A stretch of DNA of 64,000 bases from NCBI GenBank assembly GCA_963664825.1, contig OY761614.1, forward strand, positions 832,001 to 896,000, written 5' to 3'. Numbering within the stretch: the first letter of the stretch is position 1; the number at the start of each line of letters is the position of its first letter. The stretch is from an uncultured Holophaga sp. GTDB taxonomy: Bacteria > Acidobacteriota > Holophagae > Holophagales > Holophagaceae. Both the position numbers and the translations under genes were made by a program. Below, piece by piece: positions 35,809 through 45,658 of this stretch. The notes below the pieces were generated by a model. That model was not told where the DNA came from. It saw only the letters and a list, made by a program, of their open reading frames with translations, and did no database searches.

Positions 35809-38800
35809 AAAGGTGCAGACCTTGGGGGAACATCGAGACCTGGAGATTGTCATCCGAGGGGCGGAGGAGCATAACCTCAGGGGCTTCGATGTGCGGATCC
35901 CGCGCCAGAGCCTCACGGTCATCACCGGCGTCTCCGGCTCCGGCAAGTCGTCCCTGGCCTTCGATACCCTCTTCCGGGAGGGCCAGCGCCGCTTCCTGGA
36001 GACCCTCCCCTCCTTCGCGCGCCAGTTCACAGGCGGGTTTGCGCGCCCCAGGGTGGGCAGCATCGAGGGCCTGGGACCCGCCGTGGCCCTCGGCCAGCAC
36101 GCCAGCCTCTCCAATCCCAGGTCCACCGTGGGCACGCTCATGGAAGGGTGGGATCTCCTCCGCCTGCTCTTCGCCCGGCTGGGCTCTGGCCCCGAAGGCG
36201 TCCACCCCACCCGGGGCCTCTTCTCCTTCAATGGCGAGGCAGGAGCCTGCCCCCATTGCCAGGGCCTGGGCGTGGAGGATCGCCTGGACCCGGAGCTCCT
36301 CATCGCCGATGCCGCCAAGTCCCTGCGGGAGGGCGCCCTGCGCCTCAGCACCCCCAACGGCTACCTCATGTATTCCCAGGTGACGCTGCCGGTGCTGGAC
36401 GACGTGCTCCAGGCCCATGGCGGTTCCGTAGACACCCCCTGGCGGGAACTCAGCCCAGAGCTGCGCCGAGTGGTGCTCTACGGCTCGGAGCGCCTCAGGG
36501 TCCCCTACGGCAAGCATCCCTTGGAATCGCGGTTGAAGTGGACAGGCATCACAGCCCGCCCCCGCCAGGAGGGCTTCTACCGCGGCATCCTCCCCGTGAT
36601 GGAGGAGATCCTGAAGAGCAAGCGGAACGATTCCATCCTGCGCTTCGTCCGCACCTCCACCTGCTCGGCCTGCGGGGGCGCGCGCCTGCGTCCGGAGGCC
36701 CTGGCCGTGACCTGGCGGGGGAAGCGCATCGTGGATCTGGCAGCCATGCCGGTAGAAGAACTGGCCGCCTACCTGGCCAAGCTCCCGGTCTCGCCGAGGG
36801 AAGCCCCTGTGTTCGAGCCCATCCGCGCCGAACTCCTGAGCCGCTGCCATCTGATGGTGGAGCTGGGCCTGGGCTACCTGACCCTTGACCGTCCCACGCC
36901 CACCCTCTCCCGCGGGGAGGCTCAGCGGCTGCGCCTCATCGGCCTGGCCCTCGGGGAACTGCGGGGGCTCCTGGTGGTCCTGGACGAGCCCTCTTCCGGG
37001 CTCCATCCCTCGGACGTGGGCCGCCTGATCCAAGTGCTGAAGCGCCTCCGGGACCAGGGCCAGACGGTGGTCGTGGTGGAGCACGATGCCGCCATCGCCC
37101 GGGCCGCCGATTGGCTGATCGATCTGGGGCCGGGCCCCGGAAAAGATGGGGGGAGTTTGCTCTGGAGCGGGCCACCCTCGGAACTCCTGGCGAAAAAACA
37201 GGATGGGGAGGCCACGCCCACCCAGCGCTGGCTGGCGGGCAGTCCTGCGGTCGCCCCCCGGAGGCAGGGCCATGCCAAGGGCACACTGGGCTTGGAGGGC
37301 CTCCAGCGGCACAACCTGAAGAACCTCCACCTGGAACTGGCATTGGGAGCCCTCAATGTGGTCTCCGGGGTCTCGGGAGCGGGCAAGACCTCGCTGCTGG
37401 AAGAGGTGGTGGCCCGCTTCCAGGGGGATCCCGGGCCCTTCGGCCGCCTGGTGACCGTGGACGCCGAGCCCATCGGACGCACCCCCCGCTCCAATGCGGC
37501 CACCTACACCGGCGCCTTCGATCTCATCCGGGATCTCTTCGCGGCCACCCCGGAGGCCAAAGCGCGAGGCCTCGGCAAGGGCCACTTCTCCTTCAATACC
37601 GCAGGAGGTCGCTGCGAAGCCTGCGAGGGGGCCGGCGTGCAGGAAGTGGGCATGCGGTACCTGGGCACCGTGGGGGTGCCCTGCGAAAGCTGCGGCGGGC
37701 GGCGCTTCCATGCAGAAGTTCTCCAGGCGAAGTTCCAGGGCCAAAGCATCGCAGACGTCCTGGAAGGGAGCGTCCAGGAGGCCGCGGAGCTCTTTTCCGC
37801 CCACCCCAAGCTCAGGCGCATCCTGGACGCGCTGCGGGATGTCGGTCTGGGCTACCTGCCCCTGGGCCAGCCCGCGACGACCCTTTCCGGGGGAGAAGCC
37901 CAGCGGGTGAAGCTGGCCACGGAACTGGCCAGGACCGGCAGCGCCCCGGCCCTCATCGTCCTGGACGAGCCCACCACGGGCCTCCACGCCGCAGACATCG
38001 CCGTGCTGCTGGAGGCCTGGGACCGGCTGTTGGAGGCTGGCCATACCCTGCTGGTGGCCGATAGCGATCTCGATATCGTGCGTCACGGGGATCGCGTGCT
38101 GGATCTGGGCCCCGGAAGCGGCCCCGCAGGCGGCTCCCTGGTGGCCTGGGGGACCCCGGAGATGATCGCCAGTTGCGAGGCCTCCCTCACCGGGGCCGCC
38201 CTGCGCGCGGGGCCCTCACCCTTTCCTGCCCCGCGGCCTCCGGTCGAACATCCCCCCATCGAGCTCCGGGGTGTGCGCACGCATAACCTGCGGGATCTGG
38301 ATATCACCATTCCCCCCCGGGGCCTCACAGTGGTGACGGGCCCCTCGGGCTGCGGCAAGTCCTCCCTGGTCTTCGATACGCTCCTGGCCGAGGCCCAGAA
38401 CCGCTTCAATGATCTGGTTTCCCCCTGGGCGCGCCGCCTGCTGCCCCGAAAGGGCGGGGCCGAACTGGATAGCGCGAAGAACCTCCAGGCCACGGTGGCC
38501 GTATCCCAGGATAGAGGCCGCAGGAATCCCCGCTCCACGGTGGGCACCCTCACGGAACTGGACGCGGGGATGCGCCTCCTCTTCGCTCGGGGGGGAGAGC
38601 GCGTCGGCCCCGAGGGCGGAACACCCGTCCTGGGGACGCTCCTGGCTTCGGATTTCTCCCCTCATTCCGAAGGTGGCGCCTGCCCCTGCTGCAAGGGCCT
38701 GGGCTTCCTCCAGCGCTGCGATCCCCAGCGACTGGTGAGCCATCCCCAACTCCCCCTGGATGGGGGCGCCATGGAGGGCACGCGCTTCGGGGCCTATCTG

Positions 38801-40717
38801 GGGGAAAGGGCTGGCCAGTTCGTGGCCACCCTGAGGCGGGCCGCGGAACTGGGAGGCCTGGATCTCGCGCGCCCCTGGTGCGAACTGGGGACCGAGGAGC
38901 GCCATCTGGCCATGGAGGGCGCGGGGGACGAGGCCTTCGACGTGGCCTGGCATTACCGGCGGGGCAAGGTGGAGGGCGTGCACCCGTTGAAGACGGTCTG
39001 GGTCGGCTTCGCCCGGCTCGTGGAACGGGAATACGAGCGCGTCCACGGGGTGGAACTGGAGGCCCTCCTGGTGGACATTCCCTGTCCCCAATGCGGCGGC
39101 GAAGGACTCCGGGAGGAGGCCCGCAGCATCCGCTTCGGGGGGCGCCGCCTGCCTGAACTGAGGACCCTGCCCGTGGAGGAACTCCTCAGCTGGCTGGAGG
39201 ATCTCAAGGTTCCTCGCCTCAGTGCGCGCACCTTGGAACTCACCGGATACCTGCGGGAGGATATCGCCAGACGCCTCCGGAGCCTCCGGGAGGGGGGGCT
39301 CGGATACCTGTCCATCCAGCGGGAATTATCCAGCCTTTCCGGCGGAGAGGCCCAGCGGGTGCGCCTGGCCGCGGCCCTGGGCGGGGGCCTCACAGGCGTA
39401 ACGTACGTCCTGGACGAGCCCACCCGAGGACTGCATCCCCGGGATACCCAGCGCCTGGGGGGCGTGCTGCGGAACCTGGCGGAGGCGGGCAACGCCGTCG
39501 TCCTGGTGGAGCACGAGAACACCCTCATCGCCCAGGCCGATCACATCCTCGAACTGGGCCCGGGGGCCGGGCCCGAAGGGGGCCGCCTGGTGGCTGCCGG
39601 TACGCCCGAAGAGCTGAAGCGCCTCCCGGACTCGCGCACGGGCGCCCAGCTGCGCCGCACACGCATGCCCCTGGAAGGCCGCCGACAGCTGGTGTCCATG
39701 CCCGGACTCCGTGTGCGGGGGGCCCATCTCCACAATCTCCGGGATCTCGATATCACCTTCCCCCTGGGGGCCCTGGTGGCCGTGACCGGCGTCTCGGGCA
39801 GCGGCAAATCGAGTTTGGTCTTGGAGGTCCTGGCCCCCTCCCTGCGGAACCACCTGCAGGGCCGCGGTCCCGTGGGCTGCCGGGGGATCGAGGTGCCGGA
39901 AGCGATCACGGAAGTTATCGCGGCGGATCAGGAGGCTCTTCCCATCGCCGGGAGCAGCACGGTGCTCACCCTCACGGGCCTGGGGGAGGCGCTCCGCAGG
40001 CGCTTTGCCGGGACGCCCCGGGCCAAGGCGCTGAAACTATCGGCGAAGCATTTCTCCACCGCCGCCCCCGGCGGACGCTGCGAAGCCTGCGGGGGACGCG
40101 GGGTGATCACGGTAGCCATGGACCTGCTGCCGGATGTGAACGTGGGCTGCGAGGCCTGTCAGGGCAGGCGCTTCCAGCCCCAGGTGCTGGAGTGCCTCCT
40201 GGAGGGCCGGGATATCGGCCAGGTGCTGGATTCCACCCTCGAGCAGGCCGATGGTCTCCTCCCGGCCCCTACGCTGAGGGCGCTGAAGGAGGTGGGCCTG
40301 GGATACCTGCGGCTGGGCCAGGAGGGTTCCACCCTTTCCGAAGGGGAACGCCAGCGCCTGCGCCTGACGGGGCTCATCGCGGAGCCCCCCAGGGGCAGGG
40401 CCGCCATCCTGCTGGACGAGCCCACCCGGGGCCTGGGCATGGAGGATGTGGATCACCTGGTGGCCGCCCTCCATGCCCTGGCCGCAGGGGGCCATCTCGT
40501 GGTGGCCGTGGAGCACGACCCGGGCTTCATCCAGGCCTGCGACTGGGTCATCGATCTGGGCCCCGAGGGGGGCCCGGCCGGGGGAGCCGTGGTGGTGGAG
40601 GGCCCGCCGGAGGTCATTGCGGCCTGCCCGGAATCCCATACGGGGAGGGCCCTGGCGGGCCTATGGGAATCACCCGAGAGACGGCCCTGGTTCACGCCTT
40701 CCGTCCCGAAGAACTGA
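35801..40717 (+). CDS. Double-length (tandem) UvrA-family ABC ATPase, class II-like
   Basis: Four Walker A motifs (GVSGSGKS, GVSGAGKT, GPSGCGKS, GVSGSGKS), four LDEP Walker B motifs, CxxC zinc motifs; 1638 aa. Confidence 0.9.
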   Translation: MSRKVQTLGEHRDLEIVIRGAEEHNLRGFDVRIPRQSLTVITGVSGSGKSSLAFDTLFREGQRRFLETLPSFARQFTGGFARPRVGSIEGLGPAVALGQHASLSNPRSTVGTLMEGWDLLRLLFARLGSGPEGVHPTRGLFSFNGEAGACPHCQGLGVEDRLDPELLIADAAKSLREGALRLSTPNGYLMYSQVTLPVLDDVLQAHGGSVDTPWRELSPELRRVVLYGSERLRVPYGKHPLESRLKWTGITARPRQEGFYRGILPVMEEILKSKRNDSILRFVRTSTCSACGGARLRPEALAVTWRGKRIVDLAAMPVEELAAYLAKLPVSPREAPVFEPIRAELLSRCHLMVELGLGYLTLDRPTPTLSRGEAQRLRLIGLALGELRGLLVVLDEPSSGLHPSDVGRLIQVLKRLRDQGQTVVVVEHDAAIARAADWLIDLGPGPGKDGGSLLWSGPPSELLAKKQDGEATPTQRWLAGSPAVAPRRQGHAKGTLGLEGLQRHNLKNLHLELALGALNVVSGVSGAGKTSLLEEVVARFQGDPGPFGRLVTVDAEPIGRTPRSNAATYTGAFDLIRDLFAATPEAKARGLGKGHFSFNTAGGRCEACEGAGVQEVGMRYLGTVGVPCESCGGRRFHAEVLQAKFQGQSIADVLEGSVQEAAELFSAHPKLRRILDALRDVGLGYLPLGQPATTLSGGEAQRVKLATELARTGSAPALIVLDEPTTGLHAADIAVLLEAWDRLLEAGHTLLVADSDLDIVRHGDRVLDLGPGSGPAGGSLVAWGTPEMIASCEASLTGAALRAGPSPFPAPRPPVEHPPIELRGVRTHNLRDLDITIPPRGLTVVTGPSGCGKSSLVFDTLLAEAQNRFNDLVSPWARRLLPRKGGAELDSAKNLQATVAVSQDRGRRNPRSTVGTLTELDAGMRLLFARGGERVGPEGGTPVLGTLLASDFSPHSEGGACPCCKGLGFLQRCDPQRLVSHPQLPLDGGAMEGTRFGAYLGERAGQFVATLRRAAELGGLDLARPWCELGTEERHLAMEGAGDEAFDVAWHYRRGKVEGVHPLKTVWVGFARLVEREYERVHGVELEALLVDIPCPQCGGEGLREEARSIRFGGRRLPELRTLPVEELLSWLEDLKVPRLSARTLELTGYLREDIARRLRSLREGGLGYLSIQRELSSLSGGEAQRVRLAAALGGGLTGVTYVLDEPTRGLHPRDTQRLGGVLRNLAEAGNAVVLVEHENTLIAQADHILELGPGAGPEGGRLVAAGTPEELKRLPDSRTGAQLRRTRMPLEGRRQLVSMPGLRVRGAHLHNLRDLDITFPLGALVAVTGVSGSGKSSLVLEVLAPSLRNHLQGRGPVGCRGIEVPEAITEVIAADQEALPIAGSSTVLTLTGLGEALRRRFAGTPRAKALKLSAKHFSTAAPGGRCEACGGRGVITVAMDLLPDVNVGCEACQGRRFQPQVLECLLEGRDIGQVLDSTLEQADGLLPAPTLRALKEVGLGYLRLGQEGSTLSEGERQRLRLTGLIAEPPRGRAAILLDEPTRGLGMEDVDHLVAALHALAAGGHLVVAVEHDPGFIQACDWVIDLGPEGGPAGGAVVVEGPPEVIAACPESHTGRALAGLWESPERRPWFTPSVPKN

Positions 40718-40750
40718 AGCGCTATCTATGATGTCGATTGGGAGCAATCC

Positions 40751-41404
40751 ATGCGCTTCATCTTCGAGCAGGTGCGGGTGGGTGGGGATCGGAACTTCGG
40801 CTATTTGCTGGGGGACAGGACAGCGGGGGAGGCCTTCCTAGTAGACCCCTCCTACGACCCGGAGGCCCTGGTGGCGCGCGCCAAGGTTCAAGGGCTGCGG
40901 GTCGTGGCCATCCTCAACACCCATGGCCACCTGGATCACACCCAGGGGAACGCCCGGGCACAGGCCCTGACCGGCGCTCCCCTCCTGGGTGGGCCAGGCC
41001 ATCCGGGCCCCCTGGATCGCGTAATGGAAGACGGCGAACGCCTGTCCCTGGGGCGTTTCCACCTGGGCGTCCGCCATGTCCCCGGGCACTGCCCGGATCA
41101 TCTGGCCCTCCTCCTGGAGGAGATGGCCGCAGGCCTCACGGGGGATCTGCTCTTCGTCGGCAAAGTGGGCGGCACGGCCTGCGATGCGGATGCGCGCACC
41201 GAGTGGGAGAGCCTCCAGCGCCTGCTGCGGGAATGGCCGGAGCACACAACCCTCTGGCCGGGCCACGACTATGGCGCAAGGCCTGCTTCCACCCTGGCCT
41301 GGGAGCGGGAGACCAACCCCTTCCTGATGTGCCCGGACCTGGCGGCCTTCATCGACCTGAAGGCCCAGTGGACAGGCTTCAAGGCGCGCTTCGGGCTGAA
41401 GTAA
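40751..41404 (+). CDS. Metallo-beta-lactamase fold hydrolase (glyoxalase II-like)
   Basis: THGHLDH, PGHC, TGDLLFVG, PGHDY, ERETNPFL. Confidence 0.92.
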   Translation: MRFIFEQVRVGGDRNFGYLLGDRTAGEAFLVDPSYDPEALVARAKVQGLRVVAILNTHGHLDHTQGNARAQALTGAPLLGGPGHPGPLDRVMEDGERLSLGRFHLGVRHVPGHCPDHLALLLEEMAAGLTGDLLFVGKVGGTACDADARTEWESLQRLLREWPEHTTLWPGHDYGARPASTLAWERETNPFLMCPDLAAFIDLKAQWTGFKARFGLK

Positions 41405-41457
41405 AACCCGAAGGTAAAATCGCGCCCAACAAGCCCTGGGAACCTGAAATCCGAAAG

Positions 41458-41509
41458 TACGACGTTTCCCGTTGACGCCCACGACAGAAGACGTACGATT
41501 ATCGTCGTA
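41458..41509 (+). promoter_or_regulatory. Promoter (TTGACG-N16-TACGAT) overlapped by TACGA-N6-TCGTA operators
   Basis: Perfect palindrome at 41494-41509; imperfect copies at 41480-41495 and 41458-41473; -35 at 41472-41477. Confidence 0.65.
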
Positions 41510-41524
41510 GGAAGAGGAGCCTCC

Positions 41525-41908
41525 ATGTCCCATCGCCCCATGCCCACCGATGCCGAACTGGCGGTCCTGCGCTGCCTATGGGCCCGCGGGACCGCCACCG
41601 TGCGGCAGCTTCATGAGGACCTGACCCAGGAACGCGACCTGGGCTACACCACGGTCCTCAAGACGCTGCAGGTGATGCTGGAGAAGGGACTGGTGGCGAG
41701 GGACGATTCGGAGCGCAGCCACGTATACCGTGCGGCGATCCCGGAAAATGACACCAAGGGCCAGCTGGTCTCCGATCTCATGACCAAAGCCTTCGGAGGA
41801 TCGGCCCAGCAACTCATGGTGCATGCCCTCCGGGGCGGAAAGACCTCCAAAAGGGAGCTGGATGCCATCCAGCTCCTGCTGGACGATGCGCGAAAGGGCC
41901 GGTCATGA
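41525..41908 (+). CDS. BlaI/MecI/CopY family repressor
   Basis: PTDAELAVLRCLW, YTTVLKTLQVMLEKGLV, FGGS. Confidence 0.94.
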   Translation: MSHRPMPTDAELAVLRCLWARGTATVRQLHEDLTQERDLGYTTVLKTLQVMLEKGLVARDDSERSHVYRAAIPENDTKGQLVSDLMTKAFGGSAQQLMVHALRGGKTSKRELDAIQLLLDDARKGRS

Positions 41909-43587
41909 ACGGCCTCCTGCACGCCGCGATCTTCCAGGCGCCCTGGCTTTCGGCTCTGGGTTGGGCCCTGGTGCATTCCCTCTGGGAGGGCAGCTTGGTC
42001 TGCCTCGCCACCGCTTTGATCCTGCGGGGAATGCGGGGTTCCAGCTCCCGTGCCCGCTACCTGGTGGCAGCCCTCGGTCTGCTGCTCTTCGCGGGGCTGC
42101 CCCTGCGGCGCGTGGCTTCCGAGCGCCTTTACCCCTCGACGCCGAAACTCACGGTGCATCTGGAGCAGGGAGTCCCGCTCCAGGCCACACCCCTGGTCCC
42201 GGCGCCGATCCCAATCCCCGCCCTGCGGACGCGCATGGCGGGAGACCTGGAAAGGGCTCTGCCCTGGGTGGTGATGGCCTGGGGGCTGGGGATGCTCGTC
42301 TTCCTGCTCCGCCTGGCCGGGGGTTGGCTCTGGATTCAGCGGCTCCGCTGGCGCAAGGCCTGCCTGGCGCCGGACTTCCTGCAACAGCAGCTGCTGGAGC
42401 TCTGTCGCCGGGCGGGTCTCAAGCGCGCCGTGACGCTGCTCGCCTGTGAAGGCCTGCCCGGTCCAAGTGTCGTGGGCTTCCTGCGTCCGGCCATCCTGGT
42501 GCCCACGGGCTGGTTCCTGAATCTTTCCCCCGAATACGTGGAGGCGCTGCTGGCCCACGAACTGGCCCATGTACTCCGCCACGACTACCTCGTCAACCTG
42601 ATGCAATCGCTCTTGGAAGTGATCTTCTTTTACCACCCGGGCCTCTGGTGGCTCTCCCGGGCCATTCGCCAGGAACGGGAAATGGCCTGCGATGCCTTTG
42701 CCACACGCCTGATCGGAAACCCTCTGCCCCTGGCAGAGGCCCTCACACACCTGGAACGCCGCGGCCTCGGCCGCAGGAACTTCGAACCCTCACTCGCAGC
42801 CCACGGAGGCTCCCTCATGGAACGCATTCAGCAGCTCTTGCTCCCCACGCCTCGCACCTCCTCGACCCCTGTCTTCGGCGCCGTGGCCCTCCTCACGCTG
42901 CTCCTGGCCACGGGCCTGCATATGGGGGCACAGAGCCCCAGCGCCGCGCCGGGCATGCCCACCAACATGGAACTACCCAAGGGCGTGACCGTGAACTGGA
43001 ACAGCACCCACCTCTACATGAACATCCATCACGCCAAGGATGCCGAAGGGAAGAAGATCCCTTACACCTTCCTCGTGGATTTGGTCGCCAACGAGGTCCC
43101 TCTGAAGCAGGCCTGGAAGACCTTCCAGGATGGCTTCCAGGCCGTGGTCGGCAAGGATCTCGAAGTACAGACCTTCGGGCACCGCGACGAGAAGGTGGAA
43201 GGTCCGAGGATCAACCTCGACCTGAAGGGCGCCACACCTGCGGAAGTGCAGACCACATTGATGCGTCTGGCCAAGGAGCACGGCGTGGCCCCCTACCAGG
43301 CGCCTCCAGACCATCCCCTGGGCGAATTCAAGGTGGGCAAGCGCACGGCGGAAGATGGCAGCACACGGTACAGCCTGCACGCCCCTCAAGTGAGCGTGGG
43401 GTATTTAAGGACCATGCTGGAATCGGCCCGAGATTTTGACGAAGACCCTGAATTCAAAAGTGGCTATGCATGCGACCCCCGTGACAAGGACACCCACCCC
43501 GGCCCCAAGGTGGACGCCATCTTCGAGGACCTGCCTCTTCCGGAGCTGGAGAAGCGCGTGAAGGCCCTTATCGAAAACGCCCGATAG
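41905..43587 (+). CDS. BlaR1-like M56 metallopeptidase
   Basis: ALGWALVHSLW, LAHELAHVLRHD, FFYHP, EREMACD; overlaps the repressor stop. Confidence 0.92.
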   Translation: MNGLLHAAIFQAPWLSALGWALVHSLWEGSLVCLATALILRGMRGSSSRARYLVAALGLLLFAGLPLRRVASERLYPSTPKLTVHLEQGVPLQATPLVPAPIPIPALRTRMAGDLERALPWVVMAWGLGMLVFLLRLAGGWLWIQRLRWRKACLAPDFLQQQLLELCRRAGLKRAVTLLACEGLPGPSVVGFLRPAILVPTGWFLNLSPEYVEALLAHELAHVLRHDYLVNLMQSLLEVIFFYHPGLWWLSRAIRQEREMACDAFATRLIGNPLPLAEALTHLERRGLGRRNFEPSLAAHGGSLMERIQQLLLPTPRTSSTPVFGAVALLTLLLATGLHMGAQSPSAAPGMPTNMELPKGVTVNWNSTHLYMNIHHAKDAEGKKIPYTFLVDLVANEVPLKQAWKTFQDGFQAVVGKDLEVQTFGHRDEKVEGPRINLDLKGATPAEVQTTLMRLAKEHGVAPYQAPPDHPLGEFKVGKRTAEDGSTRYSLHAPQVSVGYLRTMLESARDFDEDPEFKSGYACDPRDKDTHPGPKVDAIFEDLPLPELEKRVKALIENAR

Positions 43588-43601
43588 TGACTTCCGCAGC
43601 A

Positions 43602-43631
43602 CCGAAGGGCCCCGGCAGCGGGGCCCTTCGG
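43602..43631 (+). terminator. Probable intrinsic terminator hairpin
   Basis: ccgaagggccccg-gcag-cggggcccttcgg, perfect 13-bp stem just after the stop; weak U-tract. Confidence 0.6.
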
Positions 43632-43714
43632 GTTCCGGATAGAACCGTGACGTTCGTCCCGGGCCCTGCCGCTAAACTGGGCCCTGGAGCAGTTCTTTGC
43701 AGAGCAAAACCCAC

Positions 43715-45001
43715 ATGAAGCAGGGCCGGATCCTGCGAGCCTGGGCGCCCCTGGAGGCGGCCTGGCTGCTCATGGCGGTGGAGGGCCCCTTCATCGCCGC
43801 CGTGATCGCGCGCCTGGCGAGCCCCACCCTCAACCTGGCGGCCTTCGGCGTGGCCTTTCCCCTGGCCATGCTCTTCGAGTCCCCCATCATCCTGATCATG
43901 AGCGCCTCCACGGCCCTGGTGGCCGACCGGGATTCCCTCGGCAAGCTCAAGCGCTTCACATGGAGCCTGAACACGGCCATCACGCTGGCCATGCTGGTCT
44001 TCGTGCTGCCGCCGGTCTTCACCTTCTTCACCCGCACGCTCATGGGCCTGCCTCCGGAAGTGGCCCGACTGGCCCACGGCGCCTGCGCCCTGCTGCTGCC
44101 CTGGCCGGCCGCCATCGGCTACAGGCGATTCTTCCAGGGCATCCTCATCCGCCACGGGCTCACGCGCCGGGTGGCGTACGGCACGGCCATCCGCCTGGGC
44201 AGCATGGGCGGAACGGCGATACTGCTGGCCGCCTTCACACCCTGGCAGGGGGCGTGGATTGGGGCCGGGGCCCTGTCGGTAGGCGTCGTGCTGGAGGCGG
44301 CCGCCAGCCGCTTCTGGGCGCGGGAACCGCTGCGGAAGCTGAAGGACACCGAGCCCACAGGCCCGCGCCTCACCTACCCCGCCATCGCCCACTTCTACGT
44401 GCCCCTGGCCATGACCTCCATCCTGACCCTGGGGGTCAACCCCATGGTGTCCTTCTTCCTGGGGCGCAGCGCCCACCCCCTGGAATCCCTGGCGGTCATG
44501 CCCGTGGTGAATTCTTTCATCTTCATCTTCAACACGGCGGGCCTCACCTTCCAGGAGGTGGCCATCCCCCTGATGGACCAGGGCCGCCGCGCCCACGAGG
44601 CCCTTCAGCGCTTCGCCAAGACGACGGCCCTCACGGCCTCCGGAATCCTGATGCTGCTGGTCTTCACGCCCCTGTCCCGGTTGTGGTTCCAGGGAGTGGC
44701 CGGGCTCACGCCCCAGCTGGCGGCCTTCGCGATCCTCCCGGTGGCCATCCTCTTCCTCCAGCCCGCCCTCACGGTGCTGGTGAGCTATCAGCGGGCCACC
44801 CTGGTGGTCTCCCGCACCACCCGCCCCATCACCTGGGCCACGGCCATCGAAGTGGGCGGCATCGCCCTGGTGCTGCTCTTCCTGACCCGCCTCGGATGGG
44901 TGGGGGCCACTGCCGCGGCCTGCGCCCTCGTGGCGGGAAGGGCGGCCTCCGGAATCTACCTGATGCCCAAGACCTGGAAGCTGGCCCGAGGGACGGAGTA
45001 G
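43715..45001 (+). CDS. MOP/MATE-superfamily membrane protein (ANKH-like)
   Basis: About 12 TM in two repeats; LAAFGVAFPLAMLFESP, RRFFQGILIR; start uncertain. Confidence 0.7.
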   Translation: MKQGRILRAWAPLEAAWLLMAVEGPFIAAVIARLASPTLNLAAFGVAFPLAMLFESPIILIMSASTALVADRDSLGKLKRFTWSLNTAITLAMLVFVLPPVFTFFTRTLMGLPPEVARLAHGACALLLPWPAAIGYRRFFQGILIRHGLTRRVAYGTAIRLGSMGGTAILLAAFTPWQGAWIGAGALSVGVVLEAAASRFWAREPLRKLKDTEPTGPRLTYPAIAHFYVPLAMTSILTLGVNPMVSFFLGRSAHPLESLAVMPVVNSFIFIFNTAGLTFQEVAIPLMDQGRRAHEALQRFAKTTALTASGILMLLVFTPLSRLWFQGVAGLTPQLAAFAILPVAILFLQPALTVLVSYQRATLVVSRTTRPITWATAIEVGGIALVLLFLTRLGWVGATAAACALVAGRAASGIYLMPKTWKLARGTE

Positions 45002-45030
45002 ATCACCACGGAGGACATGGAAAACAGAAG
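45002..45030 (+). repeat. TCACCACGGA-led 9-nt periodic repeat
   Basis: atcac-cacggagga-catggaaaa-cagaag immediately after a stop codon. Confidence 0.5.
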
Positions 45031-45033
45031 GAG

Positions 45034-45092
45034 GCTGCGTTTGACCCGCTCCGCTTCGCAGATCGCTATCTTCGAACGCACCCTGGTATCAG
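45034..45092 (-). repeat. 59-bp dispersed repeat, copy 1
   Basis: 56/59 identical to 61975-62033 in inverted orientation. Confidence 0.9.
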
Positions 45093-45568
45093 ACCCTGAC
45101 GACATGGGTGCCCGCCATGAGGTCGTGGAGGCAGCGGCGGGTGGGTCCGAAGATGAAGAGCACGTCCAAGAGGTAGACCAGGCTCCCAAAAGCCATCAGC
45201 ACATGGCCGGAGGTCGTGCGATCCCGGGCGCCGAAGAACTGAAGGAAGAGCGCGATGGCCGGAATGCCGAATTCCCGCACCAGGAGCCAGCCGATGTGGG
45301 GAATGCCCCCATCCGTCCGCATGATGTAGATGCCAAGCGCCTTCTTGCCGAGAGTCTGGGCCTGGGTGACCAAAAAATAAACCTGGGCGATGAATATGCC
45401 CAACAGCCCCCCCAGCATCAGGATGGGCCCCAGGCAAGGGAAGAAGACCAAGGGCAGAGGGGCGAACCAGACGAGGCCGTCCACCAAGCGGGCCGCGAAA
45501 CGGCTCCAGCGGGAGGCCGCCTCGATCTCCTGGGTGTCGCTCACCAGGTGGGGGTTCTCGATGGGCAT
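45089..45568 (-). CDS. RDD family membrane protein
   Basis: ASRWSRFAARLVD, QTLGKKALGI, RRCLHDLMAGTHVV. Confidence 0.92.
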   Translation of the reverse strand: MPIENPHLVSDTQEIEAASRWSRFAARLVDGLVWFAPLPLVFFPCLGPILMLGGLLGIFIAQVYFLVTQAQTLGKKALGIYIMRTDGGIPHIGWLLVREFGIPAIALFLQFFGARDRTTSGHVLMAFGSLVYLLDVLFIFGPTRRCLHDLMAGTHVVRV

Positions 45569-45658
45569 GAAGCACCTCCTTGCTCCTAAGCTGCCCCAGG
45601 GTAGCGGAGAAAGGCATTCAGGGCTGTCCTTGGTAGGCTATAGCCTGGGAGTTCGTCC

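Noticed and set aside
40751..43587. Beta-lactam resistance locus (MBL + BlaI + BlaR1)
   Set aside because: The MBL lacks a signal peptide and looks glyoxalase II-like, lies upstream of the operators, and the BlaR1-like protein lacks a penicillin-binding domain.
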